Positions 27,231 through 39,400 of a stretch of 64,000 nt of DNA are shown one piece after another. This DNA comes from Lingula anatina (Eukaryota > Animalia > Brachiopoda): positions 3,658,001 to 3,722,000 of the forward strand of contig CM120640.1 in NCBI GenBank assembly GCA_051362555.1. Reading direction: 5' to 3'. The notes beneath the pieces were generated by a model. It saw nothing but the letters and a program-made list of their open reading frames with translations, ran no database searches and had not been told where the DNA came from. Each line of letters begins with the position of its first letter. The stretch's first letter is position 1. A program made the translations under genes and the position numbers.

Positions 27231-29557
27231 ATAGCTTCCACTAATTATTTTAAACTGAAGAATCTATCACTGTCCATAACAGGCTCTACATGGTTGAAAT
27301 TGTAGAGCCAGGAGAGCTTAGGTTGCCTTCTACCAAAAGAAAGATATAATATTTCCAATCTTTCAAAAAATTGAGAAAATAGGACTTCCAACTCATCACG
27401 TCTATAGGAATTAAAAAACAGTAACCAGGAAGCCAACAGAAACAAGGGTGGACATAAAAAAAAAAACAAACCAACTGGTAATCTCAAATATTCTTTACTA
27501 ATAGAAATAAAATTTGACACTTTAAGACTTTGTCCCCTAACTTACATGAAACATAGCTAGGATAGTGAACAAGGGAAGTCCATTTACCCCCAGTGAGTAA
27601 TATGGGATTGCTAGGGTGTACATGCAAGTCAGCAGGCAGTTTAAAAAATGCTGCGTGACATGAAAAGACATTTTATATACAAATGATTTGAAGCCAAAAT
27701 CTCAGAAGCCTTGGCATTCCTCAAACTGCGATTGGGTTTCATTTATAAGAAAAATAATTATTCTAAAGCACTAACTTAACATGAGTTTTGATACTGTATT
27801 TCTTAGGGCTTGAAGCTGACCACTAACTGAAAGTGGGGTAAAAGTAACTGACAAGCTGGCTGTCAGTTTAAATGAGATTGAACAAAAACACTCAGAGCCT
27901 CCAGAATAAATTTGATAACAATTCTGATTATAGGGAACAGTTCAATGAACTGTTCTCTTTACGAAAATGCCAATTTTTCATGCAAGATAATCTATACCAA
28001 TTGTCCAAAGAGGGTTGAAAATGCATTTCAAACAAGGCAATTACCAACAGACCAAGAAAATCTCATACTAGTATTTACCTAAAATTGGGAAGTAAATATT
28101 TCCTCATTTAAAAAACAATGGATCACAGCTAAAACTAAAAAGGTTCTCCATGATCCAGAAATATGTACAGAAATATGTATCAGTGTCATCAGGGATATGG
28201 AAATGGATGGATGATTGCCACATTACCAGTGCACTAAGAATTTACTTTTTTTCCAATTTCATCTCCATGAGCTATTCCTTTCAGCCAAAACAACTAAGTC
28301 TCCAGGACATTAAAAAAACAGCTAATTCAGTTCTCAGTGCATTTTAATAAATCTTGCTTGATGGCAAACCAAATATTTATCTTGTGCAAAACAATTGAAG
28401 ACAAATATAATAAAGAGTACAGAAATCACTTGAAGTAATCAACTTAATTTGTGAATATAAGATGTCATTAAAACTAGCTTTATCCAACAGGACATTAATT
28501 GTTGATTCAAAGTCTTTTTTACTTTCTAAACATTCAAAGTATACATTATCAACATATCCAAACAATATGCAGTTAAACCACTTATTAAGGTAAAGAAAAG
28601 AAATAATTAACCTTTCCTTGAGATATTTAGGACATGTCTTATTTCCATTACAAAAATTAAATATAGACAAATGTAGTATAAACTGATCAATTCTATAATG
28701 CAGTGTGGCATATAGTATGTGTTCATCTATTAGCTGGTAAGAAAACAAGATTAAACACTACTTAAGCTTATGCTTTAAAGAGATTTCTCAAATTGACTGA
28801 ACCTTATGAGATAAGGTGATCAAAAATTAATAAAGCCTGGTTTATAGATAAGTATACATACTGTGATACTCAAAACATAAACTAAACTTCCCAAAGCAAA
28901 CTGAAAATAATGAGCTATTCCATCATGGAACATAATCGTATTTACCAATACTGCTTTCACTATTCATATCATCATGTATCTGTCTGCCCGTGATGAGCAT
29001 GCCTCAAATCAATTAAGACTGGTTATTATTCATTACCTAAAGCAGAAAACTGCTGACAGCTCCATTTCTCTGGAGCCTTTCAGAGTATCTGTTTCCCTTC
29101 CCAAGGCAATGACCCTCCAAGCAGACAGGACGCCAGAGAGTAAGCAGAGATATATAATTATATGAGCAAGCAAAATTGCGTCAATGAACAGAAAAAAAAA
29201 CATGAGAACAAACATTTTAGGCCCTTCACACATGGAGTGGTCTACTTAACTGAGATAGACTATACTGCTACATTTTCAGAAATTGGCAACTTAACAGACT
29301 GGGCTATTAAGTAAAGATCGCCTTAATGTAGCCTCCATGCTCTAAACGACCAATCTATCTGAAAAAATTAAACCTTTGTTCAATTTGATAACTGATCAGA
29401 GAGTGGATTGTGTGACTTCTGCGTAACAGCCAGGCTATTAAATTGTCAGTCTCTCAAAGTGTACCAGTACAGACTGTTCTGCTAAAGTATACTGCTGATA
29501 TGAATGTGTGCACCCTGAAACTATTATACTAGGTAGTCCAAACGTACTAACGAATGA

Positions 29558-29640
29558 ACATGCCTCCTCCTGGCATTGAGCAGAATACAGAAAATCTGGT
29601 GATTTTAGGAGTATGTTGGAAGCAAGAGGAGACATGACAC
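29558..29640. mobile_element. MITE family A, internal fragment
   Basis: CCTCCTCCTGGCATTGAGCAGAATACAGAAAA...GTATGTTGGAAGCAAGAGGAGACATG matches the core of the 17412 and 26985 copies. Confidence 0.55.
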
Positions 29641-30395
29641 ACACTGAGACTGGGGTTCAGGGTTCAACTGTAGTATGATCAGACATCTGGAGATGTGTGG
29701 AAGTAAATGGAGATATTTGTGAGTGAGCAAAGATATGTGTGAGTAAGCAGAAATCCCTAAGTGAGCAGAAGAGAGATTTGTCAGTGAAGCACACTCTCCT
29801 GGCTTTTCACTATGAAAATATATCATATCATTTCCAAGAAACTAAACGTGTGGCATGTTTAGACTTTTCCTCCAAAGGTCTTGATGTGACTGACTTAGGC
29901 TTGACAATGTGTTATTTTTTTTCATCATTCCACAGGAGACAATGAAAAACCTGTTTTACCGAAATAGGAGCTATAGTTTACCAAGCAAAGGGAACTCTGA
30001 ATTTCAAGATTTTGCAGTGGCTTTGCTGTAAAACCTTGATTTTTTTCTGCACTCACTTTCATCTGAACATTTTACAGAGCACTTTGGACATCTGAGCATG
30101 CCTTGGATTTGTACAACATTACAAGTACAGAACTAAGACCGATAAATATTATTCAATTTTGATATAAACAACTCTGCCTGGTCTAAATCATCATCTTTAC
30201 GATCTCTCATCTCAGTAACCAGCATAAAGATATGGTTAACAGTTATTAATCCATCTCTATTTCTAAAACATTTCTGTCACATTTGTGGATGAGAGAGGAA
30301 TTGCTTTTGCTTTGCTAATACTTTACATGTAAAGATTGCAAAACCAAAATCAATAGTGATCTATGCTCACAGAATTGGCTGAACAGCGATAAGAC

Positions 30396-30569
30396 AGGCC
30401 TGTAGCCAGCAATTTTAAAGACTTTTTTCAAAGGTGGATCTTTATACCCCTATGGCTGATTCAACTTGAGAAATGGTATAGAACTTGACTTTGAGTCAGA
30501 GTGGACCTATTTGCCAAAAGAAAGGGTGGTTCTTTCCACCCACCCCTGTACCCTCTGTCTATGAGTCTG
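30396..30569. mobile_element. Degenerate MITE with CAGGCCTGTAGCCAG terminus (hAT-like); related end at ~10588
   Basis: CAGGCCTGTAGCCAGCAATTTTAAA at ~30396 versus CAGGCCTGTAATCAGCAATTTTAAA at ~10588; degenerate right end TGTCTATGAGTCTG. Confidence 0.45.
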
Positions 30570-33500
30570 CTATATATACTCCTGTCACTGGTGCCGTGTC
30601 CTTGGACAGCAGATCATTTTTCTTATGATTCAAACTCTTATTTCAACATTAGAACAGGTTTCGATTACATAATTGCTGTTTTGACAAACGTTCATGATAA
30701 AACATTATATTCCAAAGAAAATATATACAGCATGTGGCAGATTTTTCCCAGAAATTTTGCCAATTTTGTCATTAACACCAAGGCATACCCTTAACAAAAC
30801 ATTGACAAAAAATCGAATGATAGATTATCAAGATCAATATTTGGGGGAAAAACAATTTTTTTCAGTCCTGCACAATGCATTTCAAGAGAATTATGGGACA
30901 CCCTTGTTTACACATTATTGACTATGTCATTCAAAAGCAGTCAGTTCAGAACTGAATTCATGAAACATACTTGATAAGATTTTTTTCTAATCTTTTCACT
31001 TTTAATATGTTTTATTTTGCCCGATATCGCCAAGACCCCCTTTAAAATAATGAAGATGCAGTATGTTGTGCCTTTAACATCTTCTATCTCAATGTATTAG
31101 TGCAATGCTCTTTACAATAGTTGCTCAAACAGTTCAAACAATCCAACCAAAAATAATTTTCTAAATTTTTTTCTGGGCAGAAACACATAGAACAAACTGC
31201 AAAATCATGCTTGTCTTTACTGTGAATGAATGAGTAGGTAACAGTAACTAGTTACACATACTGTTCTAGGGGTAAAAATGCTGAATTGTTTGCAGCAGAT
31301 TTCACCATTTCTTAACTACAGTATGGATTAACCAATCAATCAATCAATCAGCTCATCTATTTTAGTTTCTGCCCTTTGACATCACCAAAATTGCACTAAA
31401 TCAGGCACCAGTTTACACTTAGGTTATATATTTCTTTCTACTTGCCTGTTATCTAAACACTTCATGCAGAGTTGCCCATTGACCACAAGATAAATGCTTA
31501 TTGAAAACATACATCAAGTGAAGGCTAGATTTACACAATCAATCCGCCACTCACACTAATCTTGATGGAGAATCGGTACAAGTAAATCAATGGCACTAGC
31601 ATTAGTCCCTATGTATACGTAATAGCAATGCACTCCAGTATTCTGGGAATTTAATTTGACCTCAGCTCCAACTGGCTTAAATTCACATAAGAATTTCTTA
31701 CACCAAGTTATAAATACTGCTAGTCATACCTGAGTCGAGTTTATCGATTCACACGATATATCTTTTCAACACCTATAAACTATTCAAGAAACAACTCCAC
31801 GTACCCATCTGAACCTGTCGTCCCTAAAACTTGAAACCCTTATCCCTGTATGTCAGCACTGGCTCCCAACAAGGCAACTGACAGAAGCTTATCACTGTTC
31901 TGAAAACCTTGGCATATCACAGGATGAAAATGTCTGGTTCACTGTCATTTTGAAAATCCAGCTAATCCAGAATTTATATGCCAAGGATAAACTGTGTGCC
32001 ATATTATAACTGTGATGCTCAGCAGATAAACAGTATACTTGTAAACTTCATAATTGCAAAAATGTTGTATATTTCTTTGATGAAAAGTAGTGACAAATTA
32101 ACAATATAGAATTTCAGTGACCTATAATCTTTTTAAAAATCTTTAAGGGTATCACAACTGTTACTAGTGTTACTTAAAACAATTCTGTAAACTTACACTT
32201 GAATTAGGAAAGCTGTTAATCAAGATCAAACAGACAGACAAACAGACATAGCCCATTTTAAAATAAGTTGTGTTTGTTTAAAGGCATGATATACAATTTA
32301 CATAAATACAATTAATTTCTTACATAAGTCACTGCTTAAGTTTGAAAATCCCTAAAAACAAAACTCATTCACCTCAAAGAAGATTCCACATTTGTTTACG
32401 GTTCAGTACAGTAAAAGAGGATTTGTTCCACTGAACACCTTACATAAACACAGGGCTGCAGGAGTTTCTGTAAAAATATGAAAAGAATAACTAGCATGGA
32501 CAGCTTAAAAAATCTACAGAAAAAAAAAAACTGATAGCTTAAGGTAACATTATGTTAATATTAAAATTAATAAAATAAGTTCAATGAAATAAAATACCAA
32601 TACTTTTTAGCTGTGAAACTCATTATATTACAATAACTGCTCTCTTAAACTAAAAACAAATGATGTAGTTTTGAAAAAAAGTTTCAAATATAAAGTATTA
32701 CCAAAGTGAAAAATCTTGTATTGGCTATGGTAACTAATCTTAGTCTCTTGAACTTATGGGGCAAATTTCTCAAATTAAGAAATATTATGAAAAAAAGTCC
32801 TTCATCATAAAACCTACCTATCAAGTTGCCCTGCTGGATGGAATGAAAATCCCTTGTACTGCCGCTGTTCTTTATCTCGCTGACCAGTTCTATTAGTACT
32901 GCTACAGCAGCAATTTGGCTGTCATCAGACTGAAGCCCAATACGTCAGAAGGCGCTGTTATAGCTTCAACAAATCTAGAGCATGCAGAATGTCACACAGA
33001 TGCCCTTCTCTTCCGTTCTTAGTTCAAAAAAGAGGTAAAAAATAGAAGTAGTTGCCAATAAAAGTTCAGCAATGTTAAACCATGCATAAAGTAGGTGATC
33101 AGTGATGTACAAATCATGTTGACAGTTTTCAAGTACATGTCTGGCACCGTGCCTCCCTACCTCCTAAAATTAACCATAGTTTATCTGACTTCATACAGCC
33201 CTCACATCTATCATTTCAAAAGTGGGTATAAGTAGAAGTACTATCACGATTTTCTAATTGAAACTACCTTGCTGCACATTGCTTTTAAATATTTTTTTTC
33301 GTTTGTTAAATTATTTTCAGCCTTGACTAGTTACTTTCTTAGCACATTTATTTCCAAACATAGTAACCTCTCTTTTGAGGTGTTTACAACCTAGTTACTC
33401 AGACATAATACAGTTTAAACTTAGTTTTATAATATAATGGGGTTCAGCTCTGTCCTTGCTACTGATCCAGAACAGAAAAAAGGGTCAATGTTCAATAACT

Positions 33501-35124
33501 CAGGCATGGATAATTCAGTCCAACAGATGAATTTCATTCAATTTAGATCATTTTAAAGTAGAACGCGCTGTACAAAGCTAGACACTAAATTGAATGTAGC
33601 TAGCTGATAATTTCTATAAAATAAGTGGACACTTTAATAGTACAGTTGAATGAAAAGTTTATTCTATCTTTCTTTTTTTTTATTTGACCCTACACTTATG
33701 TTATAATATGACACATTGCGATAGAGGTGACAAGGCTATTTCTCCCCCAATACCCCAAAATATACACAGATAATGAAAATTTAAAATATCTTGATCTGTA
33801 TGAAGTCACTTGATAGAAAATTTAAGTAAACGGAAAACCCATGCACATATTATGCACAAATAATGTTTCAATTTAGTTAAAATACCCGGCAATGTGTTTA
33901 TTAATGCCTAACAACAACACTTCTTTATAACAAAGTAAATTACCCAATATGCAGAATCATGCAATTAGAAATAATAATCCAATTGTCTTGAATACAGGAC
34001 ATATCTTTTAAATCCTTTAGATCAAAGAAAAGAGGAACATTTGAATTATTTTCATTGTGAATGTTACTGTTCAAGGAATTCTCTTAGTCTATTAACTTTT
34101 GAATCTGAGCATTTCTACTGGGGCTTACCTTCCTGCCTGTAGTCTATTACTTTAAAAGCAATTTCATGTTCTCTGGAAAACTCAGGTTTCTCACTTCAAG
34201 TTGTGGAAGTGAAATACCAAATGGCACGAGGAGTCGCCTGTCAGCTGGAAACTCATGGACATAACATCAGTAAAATAAACACGGCTGGACTTCTTTCCAT
34301 CAAAATGTCAATCATCATCCAAAACTGAAAATATCAAAATTCAGTGTAGACTTATCTCAATCACCTTTCTTTAGAAGTGGCCACTGATTACATTAACAAT
34401 AGGAAGTTTTGATTTAATTTTTACATCAACAATCTTAGTTTAAATGGTTAACATGTTTTTAACAGCAACCATGTTAAGCCAATCCCATTTTCATTTCTTC
34501 ATATGTAATAATAATATAATCTGAGGACCATCAAATAAACAGGATTTAATAGTCTTGGTTATAACAAATTGAAATAATGCAAAAGTTTTTTTTTAGAATA
34601 AAATGTATTGTTATGAAGACACTACTATAGTAACAAGTCTTTTTCAAGGGGTGTTTTCTGTGACGTTTATAAAGGATAACTTCAAACAAAACATTTAGTT
34701 GTTGCAAATCATTGCCAAAACTGTTTTAAAATATGTACAACACTGTTGAGACCTCATCTCCATTTACAAATTCCTAAAATCTTGGTAGAATGGTTGCTTC
34801 AAGGTAGATGACACATGTTCATCACTTTCAAAAACAAATTGCAGTGTTTGTTTTCAGGTGGTATCCAGTGCCTATGGTGACAGTCATTTTTGCCAATTCC
34901 TATAAGGGCATGCACTATTCAGTAGTTACAAAAGAGGTAGCAGTGCATTCTAAACCATGTCATTAATGCAGTTCTTAGAAGTTAACGAACAATTCTCTTG
35001 CCCTATACATGTGTTAAAAGTCTCAAATGTTCTAGAAGGAAGTTTTCCAGAGCAACATTATTCTCTCAATACACGAAAACAACTTACAATCTACAAGCAA
35101 TACAAATAATTGATAGTACATGTA

Positions 35125-35292
35125 CAGGGGTGGATCCAGAGATATTTTCTGACAGTCTTCCAAATAATCTTTGTTGATCCATCCTCCAATTTTGACCGTC
35201 TTCTGACAGAAGAAATTAAATACCCATTAATGTAAACCTGAAAATCTGACCATCTTCCGGAAGACCCAGAAGACGGCGTAAATCCGCCCCTG
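35125..35292. mobile_element. hAT-like MITE family B (TIR CAGGGGCGGAT), 6-bp TSD
   Basis: CAGGGGTGGATCCAG ... AAATCCGCCCCTG; flanks CATGTA/CATATA; reverse-complement homolog at 40214-40380. Confidence 0.75.
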
Positions 35293-36486
35293 CATATAAA
35301 CACAGACTGACATAAATATCATAGCAAGAACTTAAGCTTATTGCAAAATAAACTTTTTCTACTGAATTTCTAAAAATAATTTGAACACCATAGAAATAAA
35401 ATGCAATTTACTTACGTCAACCTTGCATTCTTTGATCTTGCATCCCTTGAAAGTTTTCTGAGAATACTGCACTTAAATGCAAAATATAGATTGACAGCTT
35501 CTGTTTTTTCTGGTAAGACTTATCTTCCACACTAACATGCCAAAAAGAGTTTTGGCTTGTAGTCATTGTGCAGCACATCAGTTCCTTTTATTATATTTAC
35601 CTCAACATCCACGAGGCCTACAAGATGATTCAGCACCTTTGATCCATAGTAATTGTTGCTTTTCTGTCTTAACATAAGATGCAATTTGCAAGATTTCGCT
35701 TAAACATTTGCTAAAATTCAAATAATTCATGTTTTTCTTATTATTATTTATTAATTTATTTGTGTGTGTGTGTGTGTCAATGTTCATATTTCAATAAGAA
35801 AACAGCAATACAATGGAAATCAAGTAAAACTGTTAGTAAGACTGTAATGAGAAATAAAAACCACATTCTCATGGATCTGCCACAGATGCCACTGCAGACA
35901 ACTATCTACTTTGATCAATTTTTTACAAAATTGAGTTCCTTCTGCATTTTGTCTGCTTCAGTAGAAAAATACACATTCTGTAAGATTTGAAAAGAATTTT
36001 TCCTTAAATAAATCTCTCTGCTTAACACTTACACAGGGATTATGATTGATAAGCGTGAAGTCTGCATATTCCATACCAGAATTCAGTAGCTATAATTTGT
36101 AAAAAATTTTCTTTTAAGACCCTCTAGATGTAGTAGAATGGAAACAATACAAAAATATATTGACAAAGTTCAAATATAATGGTTTATTCATATGTTTGTA
36201 TGTTTACTTTATTGTCCATATATCAACATTTTTCTAAAAAGTACTTCTCAAAGTTATATATATTGTTTCAAACTCACATTTTGTTGATAGGTGCATAAAT
36301 AACTGATAAAGCTTCCATAAATATCTACTGTATAATCATTCTTCATGATAAATATACAAATGAAAAGCCACAAAAAAATCAAACATTACTCCCCCCCCCC
36401 CCAAAAAAAAAATATATATATATCCCTCACAGAAATAAGTTAGTGCTTTGTGAAATGACAGTCCCATTTTTCTTCTTTTTGTCAAG

Positions 36487-39400
36487 TTAATCTTTGTCCA
36501 GCATTTCTTCTAAGGCCTGTAAATACAATATCTCAGTATAAATTCTATGACATTTAAACCTGCTAATTCACTCGGAAAAATCATGAAATGAGATCAACTT
36601 TGCTTTTTAATTTCAAGTGCTAACATTTTTCTTATTGTACAAAATACTTGTGAACAAATATAGTGCTAACCTGCAGTGTGTCTTGCCTATCTGCAGTGAC
36701 CGAGATATTGGGTGGATTGCTCTGTCTTATTATTTCACAAAACCTGCATGACAAAATAGTAAATCCTTTATCTCAAATATTAATAACAGTGTCTATATCT
36801 CTAAAACTTTCTTCATCATAATCATACAAAGGTACTATTGAAATCTACATTATGCTTTGCAATAAAAACATTATATTAAGTCAATTACAATTTAGTTTTT
36901 AAAATGTTCTCGTTCAACAGCACCAAGCTCATCAAAGTGTATTAATGGTAGCAGCAACAGATTTATTTCAAACAATTTTCCGGACTGTAAATTGGCTGTG
37001 AAACAGGTGGATAAAATTCTCCTGTACTGTAAAGCTAACAATGAGAATTTGACATAAAATAAGCTGCCAGTATTCTTTTTATTTTACTTTATTTAAAATG
37101 TTCAGAAGAAATGAGACAAAAAAACTTCGCACCAAAAACAGTGTTTTTCATTTAACTTAAACTTTTTTCATCTATATGTTCCCCAAAAACAAAAAATTGA
37201 TTAAAATGAGCAAAAAGTCTACACAGCATGCAATTTTTATTGATATCCTTCATTTTTGTCAGATCAATAGGTTTCACCCAGTCTCTGTCTCAATTAGTGT
37301 AAAAGCATTCACCTGTTTGATCTTACAAATGAAGCTTCTTACATCATATCTCTCTTGGGAAAACAAAGTGAAAAGAAAGAAGATAGAGAATGATAAAATA
37401 TTAATTGTTATGCTCATGACATCAAGGGACTTACTTTTCAATTTGTTCATCTGTCTTGTGAATATCTTTGTTCACTTGAGAAAGCTCCTACAAATTGACA
37501 AAAAATTTCAAAGACTTGATAATAAAAAAGAAAATCATATCTGATGCATAAAAAATACTATGGCACTGCATTTGTGAACTCTGTCATTTATTCTAAAGCT
37601 TTTGAGTGAAAATAATAACAAATTCCAGAAGTATCATTTTAATAATACTTCAGGCCTTAGACATAAAAGTGAAATCCCAATGAAACTTTATATTTTTATG
37701 TACAGACACAGATGTGTCTGTACATATAGCCATCACCTGCGTCTGTCGTCGCCGTTGCCGTTGCCGTTGCCGTTGCCGTGCACTTTTACCGTAAACACGA
37801 TAAGTGGAAAACAGTTTTACGTTTTGACTTGAAACTTACAGAACTGATGAATATTCATAATATTCAGGTCAAGTTCGAAAATCAGCATGATCGGGCCATT
37901 TTCAGGGAAGTTATGCTGTTTTTTCACTTTTTTCAGCATATATGCAACACCGTAAACACGATAAGTGGAAAACCGTTTTACCTTTTGGTTTGAAACTTAC
38001 AGAACTGATGAATTTGTATAATACGCAGGTCAAGTTTGAAAATCAGCATGATCGGGTCATTTTTAGGGAAGTTTTGCTTTTTTTTCACTTTTTTCAGCAT
38101 ATATGCAACACCGTAAACACAATAAGTGGAAAACCGTTTTACCTTTTGGTTTGAAACTTACAGAACTGATGAATTTGTATAATACGCAGGTCAAGTTCGA
38201 AAATCAGCATGATCGGGTCATTTTTAGGGAAGTTTTGCTTTTTTTTCACTTTTTTCAGCATATATGCAACACCGTAAACACGATAAGTGGAAAACCGTTT
38301 TACCTTTTGGTTTTAAACTTACAGAACTGATGAATTTGTATAATACGCAGGTCAAGTTCGAAAATCAGCATGATCGAGTCATTTTTAGGGAAGTTTTGCT
38401 TTTTTTTCACTTTTTTCAGCATATATGCAACACCGTAAACACGATAAGTGGAAAACCGTTTTACCTTTTGGTTTGAAACTTACAGAACTGATGAATATTT
38501 ATAATACGCAGGTCAAGTTCGAAAATCAGCATGATTGGGTCATTTTTAGGGAAGTTATGCTTTTTTTTCACATTTTCTCTGATTCAATTCTTAGGCATGT
38601 TAATAGTCTCATTATTGAACTAATAAGATATGTAAAAGTGTTTTTTTGACATTTCCTACATCTTTACAACATTGTTAGTTGATTATGTAAAAATGATGGT
38701 AAACTTGTTATCGTGTATTGTGTAATGAAGTGTCAAAAATGGAAATAAACACATATCATTGCAGTTTGTCAGATTCGATCATCCACTATGTTCAGAATCT
38801 CATAATGGAGGAAATTGGACATTTAATACTGTTCTGTTGATATTTTTCCCATCTCATCAATTTTATTAGTTGGTCATATAAAAATGGCAGTAAACTGTTA
38901 ATTTTGTTTTATGTTAAAAAAGTGTTAAAAATGGAAATAAACCCATTTCAGAAAAGTGCTGTCTTGTTTACATTTTGGCATTTTCAAGATGTGACTTTGA
39001 AGTTCCATGGGCCTGAAGACCTTTGCTAGTCACATTTTCTGAATATCCATGATACTAATATTTTATTATTAAAAATTGATGGTGATTATGCTGTTAAACA
39101 TTATGTAATATTGCATCAAAATTTGAAGAAACCCCTAATTTGGGCACTGCTCCCATGATGACCATTTAAGGAAAATCATGTCACTTACTGTTCTCAAACT
39201 TACAGGAAAGAAACATGGGACTAAAATACAGCTTCAGTAGGCAATGCAGTCTGTTTGGTAATTTTTTCTGGCAGTTAAACAGTTTTTTGTGAAAATTTAA
39301 TTTTTCACATATTGGCATTTTCAAGGTGTGACTTTGAAGTTCTATGATCCTGAAGACCTTTGCTTGTAACATTTTCTGAATGTCCATGTTACTAATATTC

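Noticed and set aside
28377-28748. 123-aa minus-strand ORF
   Set aside because: Non-ATG start, AT-rich codons, no motifs and no phase-compatible neighbouring exons.
37176-37544. 122-aa plus-strand ORF (also 45360-45551)
   Set aside because: Antisense to exons of the Nkp2-like gene, with composition typical of AT-rich non-coding DNA.
37778-38649. Five near-identical 70-75 aa ORFs, or a CRISPR-like array
   Set aside because: They are by-products of the 161-bp tandem repeat. There are no unique spacers and no cas genes, and the context is eukaryotic.
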